IMG/VR virus record: IMGVR_UViG_3300043219_000566
Location: 62,001-126,000 of that record
Reading direction: 5' to 3' (one strand)
DNA length: 64,000 bases
Of the stretch, positions 35,342-43,671 are shown in pieces. The notes beneath the pieces were generated by a model. The model did no database searches, had not been told where the DNA came from, and was given only the letters and a program-made list of their open reading frames with translations. Position numbers and translations under genes: made by a program. How positions within the stretch are numbered: position 1 is the stretch's first letter; each line of letters begins with the position of its first letter.

Positions 35342-36232
35342 CTAAGGCGCAGCTGCCGAGCTACTCAGCCCTTCTTTGTCGACCAAGATGAGGCAAAATC
35401 CGGCCGAGACCTCCGTGTCGCTGGCACTCATGTTGGCTCCGCGCACCTTGATATCGGTTCTCTCGTCGAACACGTGCGGAGGAGAGTAGTCATGTTGCCA
35501 TGCCGATACGCCCGCCGCAGCTAGCCCGACGTGCTCCAGCAACCGGAAAGTCTTGCCGAGGTCGCGACGGAATAGCTTGACATCGCCGGTCTTTGACCCG
35601 CCCTTCAAAATCGTCGCCCACCACATCGTCAGCAGAGCGATCTTGCCCGCCGGAACCGTGTAAATCGCCATCAACGTCTGCTGGTTCTCACTCGCGAAGT
35701 AAGCACGCGCATTAACCAGGTCTGTAGGCACGCCGCCGTTGCCCGTAGCCGTGCTATTGATAGCCGCGTAGACGTTGCCCGCGGTCGCCGCCGAGCCGTC
35801 GGAATACATGCGGAAGATACGCTTCCATAGCTTGCCGCTGACCTCGACTGCCGTCTGACCATCAAGCTGGACCGTCGCTTCTTGCGATTCCCAGTTCTCG
35901 TCCAGGCCGACAAGTGTGACCTGGTAAGTCGCGCCGCTATCGCCCGCCTCGTCACTGGAAACGTAGAGCGTCTGCGCTGTTGCATCGTACGTATAATCCT
36001 CAGCGGCACCGTTGATGCCCAGATCCCAGATATCGGCGTCGGTGCCAGTGTCGATTTCCGTGTTCAACCCGAACTTGTGGACCATCGACCAGCCGGAGAT
36101 GCTGTTCTGGCCTTCGATATGCGAGCGCGCGACCTCTATCAAAAAGGGAACGGTAACCTGGTATTGCTCACCACCAAGCTCTAGCCCCGCAATGATCTCT
36201 CCGCCTCTGCCGGGATTAAGTTGTATCGCCAT
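35342..36232 (-). CDS. Conserved phage virion-associated protein (KFGxN...DIW...Y...VSS...D family)
   Basis: AGGAG RBS; motifs HKFGLNTEIDT..DIWD, LDGQTAV, IYTVPAGK. Confidence 0.7.
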   Translation of the reverse strand: MAIQLNPGRGGEIIAGLELGGEQYQVTVPFLIEVARSHIEGQNSISGWSMVHKFGLNTEIDTGTDADIWDLGINGAAEDYTYDATAQTLYVSSDEAGDSGATYQVTLVGLDENWESQEATVQLDGQTAVEVSGKLWKRIFRMYSDGSAATAGNVYAAINSTATGNGGVPTDLVNARAYFASENQQTLMAIYTVPAGKIALLTMWWATILKGGSKTGDVKLFRRDLGKTFRLLEHVGLAAAGVSAWQHDYSPPHVFDERTDIKVRGANMSASDTEVSAGFCLILVDKEGLSSSAAAP

Positions 36233-36242
36233 CGATATGCTC

Positions 36243-37166
36243 CTACTCGCATTCTTCCATCGACTCACGCCCGGTAATCCGGATCGTATGCTCACTGGGC
36301 GAGACGACCTCTACCCCCCGCCCGCCCTGGATACGGAACGAGCCAGAAGCGTCGGCTTCGACACCGTTGATGTTGGTGATAACCTCATGGCAGCGCGTGG
36401 CACAATCGATGTCGATCGAAGCGGCCCGCCGTTTCAGCTCTGTGTAAGTCCGGGGAACCGCTTCGCACGGCTCGCCCAGCCCGGCCCCGCGCCGCGCGCT
36501 GAAGCGCATTGCGTTGTTGCGCGACAGCACGTTGATCTGGCAGTTGTATCCCTCACGGAAACGCACGTCACCCGCAACTGCTTCGCCGCCCGGCGCGAAC
36601 GGGTACTGCTCGGGGTTGATCGACACGCTGGACGAACTGGACCCCTGTTCCGATGTTGCACAATTCGCCGTGGTCCGCGGCTGATTAGCCACCAGGAACT
36701 TGTTGACGAAGTGGCCGTCGACTACCTGCAAGCAACGCTGCTCGATGTACGGCACCGTCAGTGGAGCCGAACCGATCAGCGCCGAGTAAGAATAAGACCC
36801 AGAAGAGTACGGATTACCGTGCACCACCCAGCCGTAGCCATGCTGCACGCCGTCGGCCACAAGCAGCAAGTCCGAACGTTGCCAGGGGTAGGTGCCCTTG
36901 TCCGTGGCCAAAGACACGCCGTCCACGGCAGCTCCGGCAGCGTAGATCTCGAAGGTAAGTTGGCTAGCGGGGCCGACCTGGCTTAGCAACACACGGTGCT
37001 CTGGATCGGTGGGATCGAAGCCGGAGCTGGAGAACAGCACCAACCCGAAATCCACGATGGTGAGTCGCTGATTGTCCGGGACCGCAACGATCCCGCTTAC
37101 CGACTCGTCGATCAGCGGGTAGTTGCGATTCAAGTTCCGGGCGTAGAAATCAGCGTCGGCCATCAA
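36243..37166 (-). CDS. Tail-associated protein, paralog family member 5
   Basis: NLNRNYPL; GDVRFREGYN; ITNINGVEADASG. Confidence 0.75.
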   Translation of the reverse strand: MMADADFYARNLNRNYPLIDESVSGIVAVPDNQRLTIVDFGLVLFSSSGFDPTDPEHRVLLSQVGPASQLTFEIYAAGAAVDGVSLATDKGTYPWQRSDLLLVADGVQHGYGWVVHGNPYSSGSYSYSALIGSAPLTVPYIEQRCLQVVDGHFVNKFLVANQPRTTANCATSEQGSSSSSVSINPEQYPFAPGGEAVAGDVRFREGYNCQINVLSRNNAMRFSARRGAGLGEPCEAVPRTYTELKRRAASIDIDCATRCHEVITNINGVEADASGSFRIQGGRGVEVVSPSEHTIRITGRESMEECE

Positions 37167-37984
37167 CCCTCTCCGAAGAAGAACATCCTGATCCCGTTCG
37201 GAATCGGGACAACTCGCAGCGCCGGTTCTTGCGCGTAATTCTCGATGTACCCGACTAAGAGCTGGACAGTCCCGGAACCATGCGGTCCGATATTCTCCTC
37301 GTCAAACTGGATTGTCTTGAGCAAGCGATCACGTTCTACCGGGGCACCTTCGGCTTCGCAGTCTCGGCGTACGAACAACGGATCGCCTACCACATCGACC
37401 CTGATGATCTCCTCCCAGCCGTGCCAGACGCCGAACTGACCACCCAACGACGAGGACGAGCCGTCCTGGTTCACAACGGTCAGCTGTACGCCGTTCTCGC
37501 CGACCAGGGGGACGTCGCCGTGAAAGATCTCGCCGGACTCCAGCCGCACGGTGCGTACGCAGGCTTGAGGCTGCGGTACAACCACCGTAGCTGCGAACCG
37601 CGTTTGTGGCATCTGGAAGGTGTAGGTCCCGTCGGGCCAGCCAGCGAGCTTGGACAACCCGCGGTCGCCCACCGGGTAGCCCAGCAAGCAACCTAGATAG
37701 ATCTCCCCGTCGGCGAAGAAATCGACCCAACTCGGTGGAGCATTGCGAGTGAAAGATCCGCTGCCGAGCGCCCCGCGTCCGTCGGACAAAGAGATTGTGA
37801 CCTGTTCGCCGACTTCGATAGACGCGATGAACAGATCGTGTCGTCCGCCCGGCGGGTAGAGACGCCCGTCGATAAAGACATCGTTCTCGATAGCAACCTG
37901 CCCGTTGGTGCGCGTAGCGCTAGGGTCAAACGGGTAGGCCGTATCGACGGACTCGTCATAATACGTTGGCAGCGTGACTCGCAT
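37163..37984 (-). CDS. Tail-associated protein, paralog family member 4
   Basis: DTAYPF; GDVPLVGENG. Confidence 0.75.
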   Translation of the reverse strand: MRVTLPTYYDESVDTAYPFDPSATRTNGQVAIENDVFIDGRLYPPGGRHDLFIASIEVGEQVTISLSDGRGALGSGSFTRNAPPSWVDFFADGEIYLGCLLGYPVGDRGLSKLAGWPDGTYTFQMPQTRFAATVVVPQPQACVRTVRLESGEIFHGDVPLVGENGVQLTVVNQDGSSSSLGGQFGVWHGWEEIIRVDVVGDPLFVRRDCEAEGAPVERDRLLKTIQFDEENIGPHGSGTVQLLVGYIENYAQEPALRVVPIPNGIRMFFFGEG

Positions 37985-37993
37985 CGTAGCGCG

Positions 37994-38230
37994 CTACGCT
38001 TTCTTTCCTTTCTTCGCTACTGGCGGAGGCGCAGTCTTGTACGGCACGGCTTCCTCGGACGTCACCGAGTTGTCGCGCGCGACCAGGAAACCCGACCCGG
38101 TGAGCGCGACCATGACGGCCTCGATACTGAAGGTCGTGTCAGCGTTCCCGTCCATCAAGTAGTAGACCTGCAAGGCTACTGCGCTGATGATCAACAAGAC
38201 GCCTGCTAGCGTAGTTCTCCAACTTTTCAT
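37994..38230 (-). CDS. Holin-like two-TM protein
   Basis: MKSWRTTLAGVLLII...GFLVARDNSVTSE; two TM helices, basic C-tail; GGAG RBS. Confidence 0.55.
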   Translation of the reverse strand: MKSWRTTLAGVLLIISAVALQVYYLMDGNADTTFSIEAVMVALTGSGFLVARDNSVTSEEAVPYKTAPPPVAKKGKKA

Positions 38231-38241
38231 GATTTCTCCAA

Positions 38242-41139
38242 TCAACAGTCGAGCCACGGCAGCTTGTTCGCCACAACGATGTTCAGCTCTCCCGCGGTAG
38301 GTGATGCCGTGAACTCCGTCATGCGAACCTCGCCACCAAAGACGTATAATCCTGGCGGACCGTCAGCGAAGTAGAGCGACGAAACTGAGGAGCCGTCCCA
38401 CTCGCTTTTGTTGGTCACCAGCAACGTAGGTTCACCATACTCGACAGGTATCGTTTTTGTCAGATAACCGCCTGACGACGATAACAGCGGACCGAGGTCA
38501 ACAGGATTCAGCCACGCCGCAATGCTGTACTTGCCCGCGGCCTCCGTAACCCGCACCACCAACCGATGCCACGCTGTCAGCCAATCGGCTCCTGCGTAAG
38601 CGCTGATGTCTTCCCACTGGGCATTGAACACATGCGGCGTACTGTGCATGCCGTAACCGAGCCGCCGACCGACGATGTCGACCAGCATGGCCCAGAAACT
38701 GTGGCGCGTGTCGCCCTGAAATCCAATCGCTAGCCCCACCCTGGGATTGCCCGTCGCGTACTTGAACGCCAGCGAGAACAGGTAGTCGTCGACGACGGTG
38801 CTCTCGCACTTGAGAATCGCGTACTGATGATTCGCGCCGCCGCCCGCGGTGTCGAGATACTGGCGGCCGAAACGCAACACGTCGCTGCCGTCCACGTAGA
38901 ACAGCTGCGGGCTGAAGAAGTTGTTGCCGGACGGCAGCCGATTGAACTGGTCGTTGGCTCGGCCGGTACCGAAATCGTTCGACCAGCCTTCTTGATCCGC
39001 GTCGTACTTGAGCGCGTAGGCCACATCGCCGGGATCGTGGTTGAAGTCTTCCTCCAAGCAGGCTTGCTTCTCCCACTTGTTGCTCTGCAAAAAGATCTCG
39101 CTCAAGTGCAATCGCACCGGGTCCAACGCATGCAGCCCAGCCGAGCTGCTGCTACTACTGCTACCCTGGCCGCGCTGGCACGAGAGATCCACGGAGAAGA
39201 ACCGCATCTCGGTTTCCAGCAAATTCCGCGGCGCAGAAAAATGCCCGCCCCACGCATGTCCATCCCACTGCTCCCACAGCGGGTGATACGTCGTCAGTTC
39301 CCAGCACCACATAGTCTGCGAGCCCGCAGCACTGCTGCTGCTCCCGCGAGTGCTGCTGGACGAAGACCCTTGCGTCGGTTGTGTCGACGACGAACTACCG
39401 TACCGGTTGCACTTCCAAATCCGGAAGCTGAAATGCTGTTCGAGCCAGCCGGTGTCGCGCGGGACCGGAAATTCCCAGCGAGAGCTGGACGAGTTGTACG
39501 GGAATCCGTACCAGCTAGAGCTGGACAAAGCGTAATACTGCTCCAAGCACGGCCGCCACTCTCCGCTCGGTGGAACCCAATCGCACCAAGCCGGGCTGTA
39601 GCTCATCGAGCGCGGCCACGAGACCGGGTCACCCCCGTGACCGTAGTCGACTAGTTCGGTAGGAACGTCTTCCCAGCCGTTGCCGATGTTGTACTGCGGT
39701 ACCCACTTCACGACAGCAGCATTGAGGTTCGGCAATCCGGTGTGCTGGTACTCCAGCTTGAGACGAAAGCCTCGCTCCGCGGAGTCGCCAAACTGCTCGT
39801 TGCCCAACATGAGATAGAGAACACGCGCTTCGTCGTTCGACGCGGCAGGCTGCTCCGCTAGCGCCAAGATCTCATCCCAGCTCAACCGCCAGTAACCCTC
39901 GAACTCGAAGGAATCGCCTATCTCGGTGAGTTCGCACTTCCAGCGGTTATTGCGCAACGCACGCGGGTATGCCTCTGCAGCACTGACTCGCCGCCAGGGA
40001 ATCTCAAGGTAGTCGTCCACGATCTTGAAGTCTTCGGCGGGCTCGCTGAACGGGACCGGCTCCCCGACGATCAGACGATGAGGCTTCCAGTGCAGTTCAT
40101 GGACTCCGTCCTCGAACAACGAGAAATCAGCCACCTCGTCCGGGCTGGAGAAATCGTAATGCCGCGTCGTCGGACCAGCTGTGCTGGACTCCGCCGGAGG
40201 CGATGGTCCACTGCCCGACGACCCGGGCTCTGGCTCCTCTCCGGCACCCGACAGCGACGAGTCGCACTGGTCATACGGTATGGGCTCGGGTTGACCGACT
40301 GGCGCGCACACGTCGTCGTAATCGATCGGCGTCATCAGCACGATACCCAACGCGCCCTCGTCGTCGTCGGGCGGGTTATCCAGCTCGCCATGCAGCACGC
40401 CGTTGGTATCGTCGATCTCGATCGTAATGACCCCGGCATCATCCGGCGTGACACCGTTGATATCTCGGATCGCAGGACGATCACAGGTGTCGCTCTCCGG
40501 ACGCTTGCCGCAAGGTCCCATGAAGAACGAGTACAACCCCGGCAGTTGCTCGGGATCGAGTCCGAAAATCACGCAACGCTGATACTCGTTGCCCGCGTAA
40601 CGATAGCCTGCCTCGATGGACAGATTGCTGCCCGCCAGGAACCTGACGTTTCCAGTCAACTCGGCCGAGGAATTCTCTTTTCCCAACGAGCGCACCGGAT
40701 ATGCCTGATAGGCTTGCGCGACGCGCGGAAGCAATTGAGCATTTTCGTAGTTGTCGAACCGCCAGGTATTCACGCCCGTTAAGCTGGCGGGAATCTCGCC
40801 AACGGCCGCCCAGCCTCCTACCCCCGGTTGCATGGCCTGCAATTCCTGGCTTTTGTAAGCAACTTCGGGACGCGAGACCTGAAGCACTGCTAGCACAGTT
40901 ACGACGTCGGTGACGGTGTTCCTCGCGGCAAACGTCATGGTGACCAAGCCGGGGCTCACGGTAACGGTGGAGACGAACCCGACGTCTCCGTAGCTGTCCG
41001 GCCACCACAGGTGACAGTCGTTCAGGACGAACTCGGGCAGCACTCTGCCGTCGGCATCCCGCAACGATGCAAGGTCCGCGAACGGATAGACGCGCACGTC
41101 GTTGAGATTTCCAAAATCGTGTTGCACGATACCGGGCAT
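38242..41139 (-). CDS. Large tail-associated protein, paralog family member 3, with long C-terminal extension and many poly-Ser tracts
   Basis: NDVRVYPF; GNVRFLAGSN; IRDINGVTPDDAG. Confidence 0.8.
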   Translation of the reverse strand: MPGIVQHDFGNLNDVRVYPFADLASLRDADGRVLPEFVLNDCHLWWPDSYGDVGFVSTVTVSPGLVTMTFAARNTVTDVVTVLAVLQVSRPEVAYKSQELQAMQPGVGGWAAVGEIPASLTGVNTWRFDNYENAQLLPRVAQAYQAYPVRSLGKENSSAELTGNVRFLAGSNLSIEAGYRYAGNEYQRCVIFGLDPEQLPGLYSFFMGPCGKRPESDTCDRPAIRDINGVTPDDAGVITIEIDDTNGVLHGELDNPPDDDEGALGIVLMTPIDYDDVCAPVGQPEPIPYDQCDSSLSGAGEEPEPGSSGSGPSPPAESSTAGPTTRHYDFSSPDEVADFSLFEDGVHELHWKPHRLIVGEPVPFSEPAEDFKIVDDYLEIPWRRVSAAEAYPRALRNNRWKCELTEIGDSFEFEGYWRLSWDEILALAEQPAASNDEARVLYLMLGNEQFGDSAERGFRLKLEYQHTGLPNLNAAVVKWVPQYNIGNGWEDVPTELVDYGHGGDPVSWPRSMSYSPAWCDWVPPSGEWRPCLEQYYALSSSSWYGFPYNSSSSRWEFPVPRDTGWLEQHFSFRIWKCNRYGSSSSTQPTQGSSSSSTRGSSSSAAGSQTMWCWELTTYHPLWEQWDGHAWGGHFSAPRNLLETEMRFFSVDLSCQRGQGSSSSSSSAGLHALDPVRLHLSEIFLQSNKWEKQACLEEDFNHDPGDVAYALKYDADQEGWSNDFGTGRANDQFNRLPSGNNFFSPQLFYVDGSDVLRFGRQYLDTAGGGANHQYAILKCESTVVDDYLFSLAFKYATGNPRVGLAIGFQGDTRHSFWAMLVDIVGRRLGYGMHSTPHVFNAQWEDISAYAGADWLTAWHRLVVRVTEAAGKYSIAAWLNPVDLGPLLSSSGGYLTKTIPVEYGEPTLLVTNKSEWDGSSVSSLYFADGPPGLYVFGGEVRMTEFTASPTAGELNIVVANKLPWLDC

Positions 41140-42530
41140 CAACTACCGCCTTTGTTCGTGTTGCTGATCAGCTGCACGTTTGCCTGCAGCACGGAAGGCT
41201 CCGTGGCCGCGCATGCCAGCACCGAAGCGTCGATTTGCACATTAGCGTCCTCGACCCGGTCAGGACCGCTGACGCGCACCGAGAACGTGAACAGCTTGTA
41301 ATGCCCGCCTTTGATGGCAGAGTTGTCCACGAAAGTGTAAGTCCCGTCGCCGTTGTCAGTCGGGTCTACCTGCCCGTAGTTGTCCTGGGTGTTGTAGACC
41401 ATCCCGCTGCCAGGAACGTACTCGAACGTGTAGTCGCCGCCCGCGAACGAGATATCGACCGTCGCGCCTTCCTGCAGACAATCCTCCATGTTGCCGACCC
41501 AGACCTGGATAGTGACCAGCCAGCCAGTGAAGGCGTAGCCGAACAGCTGCGATACGCAACCTTCGCCCACGCACGCGACCCGCAGGTCCCATTCGGCCTT
41601 AGTAGTTTCGTAGGCCGCGAGCACGTCCGCCCAGATATCCTTGATAGCCAGGCCCTCATCCTTCAGCTGCCGGATGTGTTCCAGCAACTCAGAGAAATCG
41701 TCGCACTGACAGCAAGCCCGGCAGTCGTTGTGGATCTTGATCACGAAGGGCCGCGGCTCATTTCCGACGATGCGACGATGAATTCGGTAGCAGTCGTCAC
41801 CGGCGATAAAGAAGTTCCCCTCGTCACCAGCGATCTGATTGATCGTACGAATCTCGGCCAACGAACCGCCGCAATCCGTTTCGAGTTTGCCAGTACCCGC
41901 GCCAGGAATAGCGCTGATCTTGATCCTCCGAACGTCCGGGCGCAGCACAGACTTGGTTAAATCGCGCGCGGTAGTCAACGGCGTAGACGGGTCTACTTCG
42001 AGCTGGATATTGGTCCCCTCGATCAGCTCGCCGATCTCGCCCAGATTCACCCAAGTTCCGGCCGTAAGCCCGATGGAATTCACCCGGGCGGGTTGACGAC
42101 CGATGCAGCGAGGCACGAACTCCGGATAGGGCGAGGAGAACTCGATTGGCGAAGACGCGGTAGACAGCGGGCTGTAATCGTGATTCAAGACGAGCGTAAG
42201 TGCCAGACCTTCGTCCTCGTCGGTGTAAACCAGCACTCGGTAGTCGCCGATTACGCTGTTGGAAGTCGGCGTAACATCGAGAAGCGCGCCAGTTTCGGTG
42301 TTGTAGAGCACCAAGTCCCAGGACGACGCCGGGTCCAGGCTCACGAAGCGCCAATGATAATCGTGGTCCTCGTCGGCGTTGTCCGATCGAAAAGTCAGGT
42401 AGGCGTCCAGGAAAAACGGTCGGGGATCGTTGGCCTGGTAGGGCGCACTGAGAGTTAGGTCCGCGGCATCCGTAAACGGATACGCGCGGCTCTTGTTGCG
42501 CTCCAGCCACTCGCCTTCCATGCCCGGCAC
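41139..42530 (-). CDS. Tail-associated protein, paralog family member 2
   Basis: NKSRAYPF; LIEGTN; IRTINQIAGDEG; CRACCQC then a coiled coil. Confidence 0.8.
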   Translation of the reverse strand: MPGMEGEWLERNKSRAYPFTDAADLTLSAPYQANDPRPFFLDAYLTFRSDNADEDHDYHWRFVSLDPASSWDLVLYNTETGALLDVTPTSNSVIGDYRVLVYTDEDEGLALTLVLNHDYSPLSTASSPIEFSSPYPEFVPRCIGRQPARVNSIGLTAGTWVNLGEIGELIEGTNIQLEVDPSTPLTTARDLTKSVLRPDVRRIKISAIPGAGTGKLETDCGGSLAEIRTINQIAGDEGNFFIAGDDCYRIHRRIVGNEPRPFVIKIHNDCRACCQCDDFSELLEHIRQLKDEGLAIKDIWADVLAAYETTKAEWDLRVACVGEGCVSQLFGYAFTGWLVTIQVWVGNMEDCLQEGATVDISFAGGDYTFEYVPGSGMVYNTQDNYGQVDPTDNGDGTYTFVDNSAIKGGHYKLFTFSVRVSGPDRVEDANVQIDASVLACAATEPSVLQANVQLISNTNKGGS

Positions 42531-42540
42531 GTAATTTCCT

Positions 42541-43482
42541 CTAATCGCATGGGACGATGTTCCCCAGCTTAGAGGCCAGGATCACATCCCGCATTTGTTC
42601 CACATTGCCCAGCGCGCGCTCAGCGTACGCGCGCTGTGTGGCGATCTGTGACGCCAGGCGCGCTAGCTCGTCGCGCAACACCTGCAGTTCGTTGCATCCA
42701 CAACAGGGATCGGCGCAGGTGTCCTCTAGTTCAATGCCGTGCGAGATCCCGGCCCAGTTAATGCAGTTCGCCGTCCGCACCAGAAAATCACCGGTGTTCG
42801 GATCGGGTCCAATGCCGTTGATAGTCTCGATGCACCGCCCGCCGGGGGCGTCCGGGCATTCGCACTCTGCTTCGTAATCTGTGCTCGGGACAGCAGAGAT
42901 CCGCAACTGCTTCGCACCGGACGGCGGCGTAATCAGGGTCAGTCCAATGTTGTCGCCTGCCAGGATCTCGACGTCACCCTGGATCAGATCGCTTTCCTCG
43001 TTGTCCGCGTTGACGATACGCAACGCTGACACGCCCTGGAGACTGGGGCGAAAGACCGTGGGTAACAAGCGGGCATTTCCCACGCTGAAGCTGTACGAGC
43101 CTCCGTACTTCTTGATCTCGTCGAAACGCCCGATAGCGATGCGCCCCACGCTGTCGGCAAAGTCGCCGGTGCCCTCGATGTAGTAAGCCGCGTTCTCGGT
43201 GTGACCGGCCTCGGTGATCGCGCGAGTCGCAATAGCGGCAGCCTCACCGTCGTAGCCGATGGAGATGATGACCCCACCCGCGAAAACCGTCAGCTGCTTG
43301 AGGTAGAACTTCGACACGTCGTACGTTTGGGCAGGCACCGGAAAGATCAGATCAACGATCAGCTCCCTGGGGATCTCCAGCGAGTCGGAGTCGTCCTTCA
43401 AGGAGACATCGTCCATGAACGGAAACCGCCGGTTGCGGTTGTTGTTCAACCAGTCTTCATGGATGACGCCGCCAGCAACCAT
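42541..43482 (-). CDS. Tail-associated protein, paralog family member 1
   Basis: NRNRRFPF; GDVEILAGDN; IETINGIGPD; CADPCCGC then a coiled coil. Confidence 0.8.
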   Translation of the reverse strand: MVAGGVIHEDWLNNNRNRRFPFMDDVSLKDDSDSLEIPRELIVDLIFPVPAQTYDVSKFYLKQLTVFAGGVIISIGYDGEAAAIATRAITEAGHTENAAYYIEGTGDFADSVGRIAIGRFDEIKKYGGSYSFSVGNARLLPTVFRPSLQGVSALRIVNADNEESDLIQGDVEILAGDNIGLTLITPPSGAKQLRISAVPSTDYEAECECPDAPGGRCIETINGIGPDPNTGDFLVRTANCINWAGISHGIELEDTCADPCCGCNELQVLRDELARLASQIATQRAYAERALGNVEQMRDVILASKLGNIVPCD

Positions 43483-43670
43483 TAATTCCTACTTTTTTCC
43501 AGCGCGCAAAGCATGCACCCGGCTGTTTTCCCCAGCTTCGGTTGGCGGCCGACCCGCTCGTCGTACACCCGACGATGCCCGCACGCCAGCGTAAAGACGA
43601 GCTTGCCGTACGTGTGACAATGCCGCAGTCCCACGATCTTCCGGTTCAGCGGACTAACTCTCTTATCCAT
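43482..43670 (-). CDS. Small Zn-finger-like protein (DUF3565-like)
   Basis: LACGH...CMLC; TAATG coupling to the next gene. Confidence 0.6.
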   Translation of the reverse strand: MDKRVSPLNRKIVGLRHCHTYGKLVFTLACGHRRVYDERVGRQPKLGKTAGCMLCALEKSRN

Positions 43671-43671
43671 A

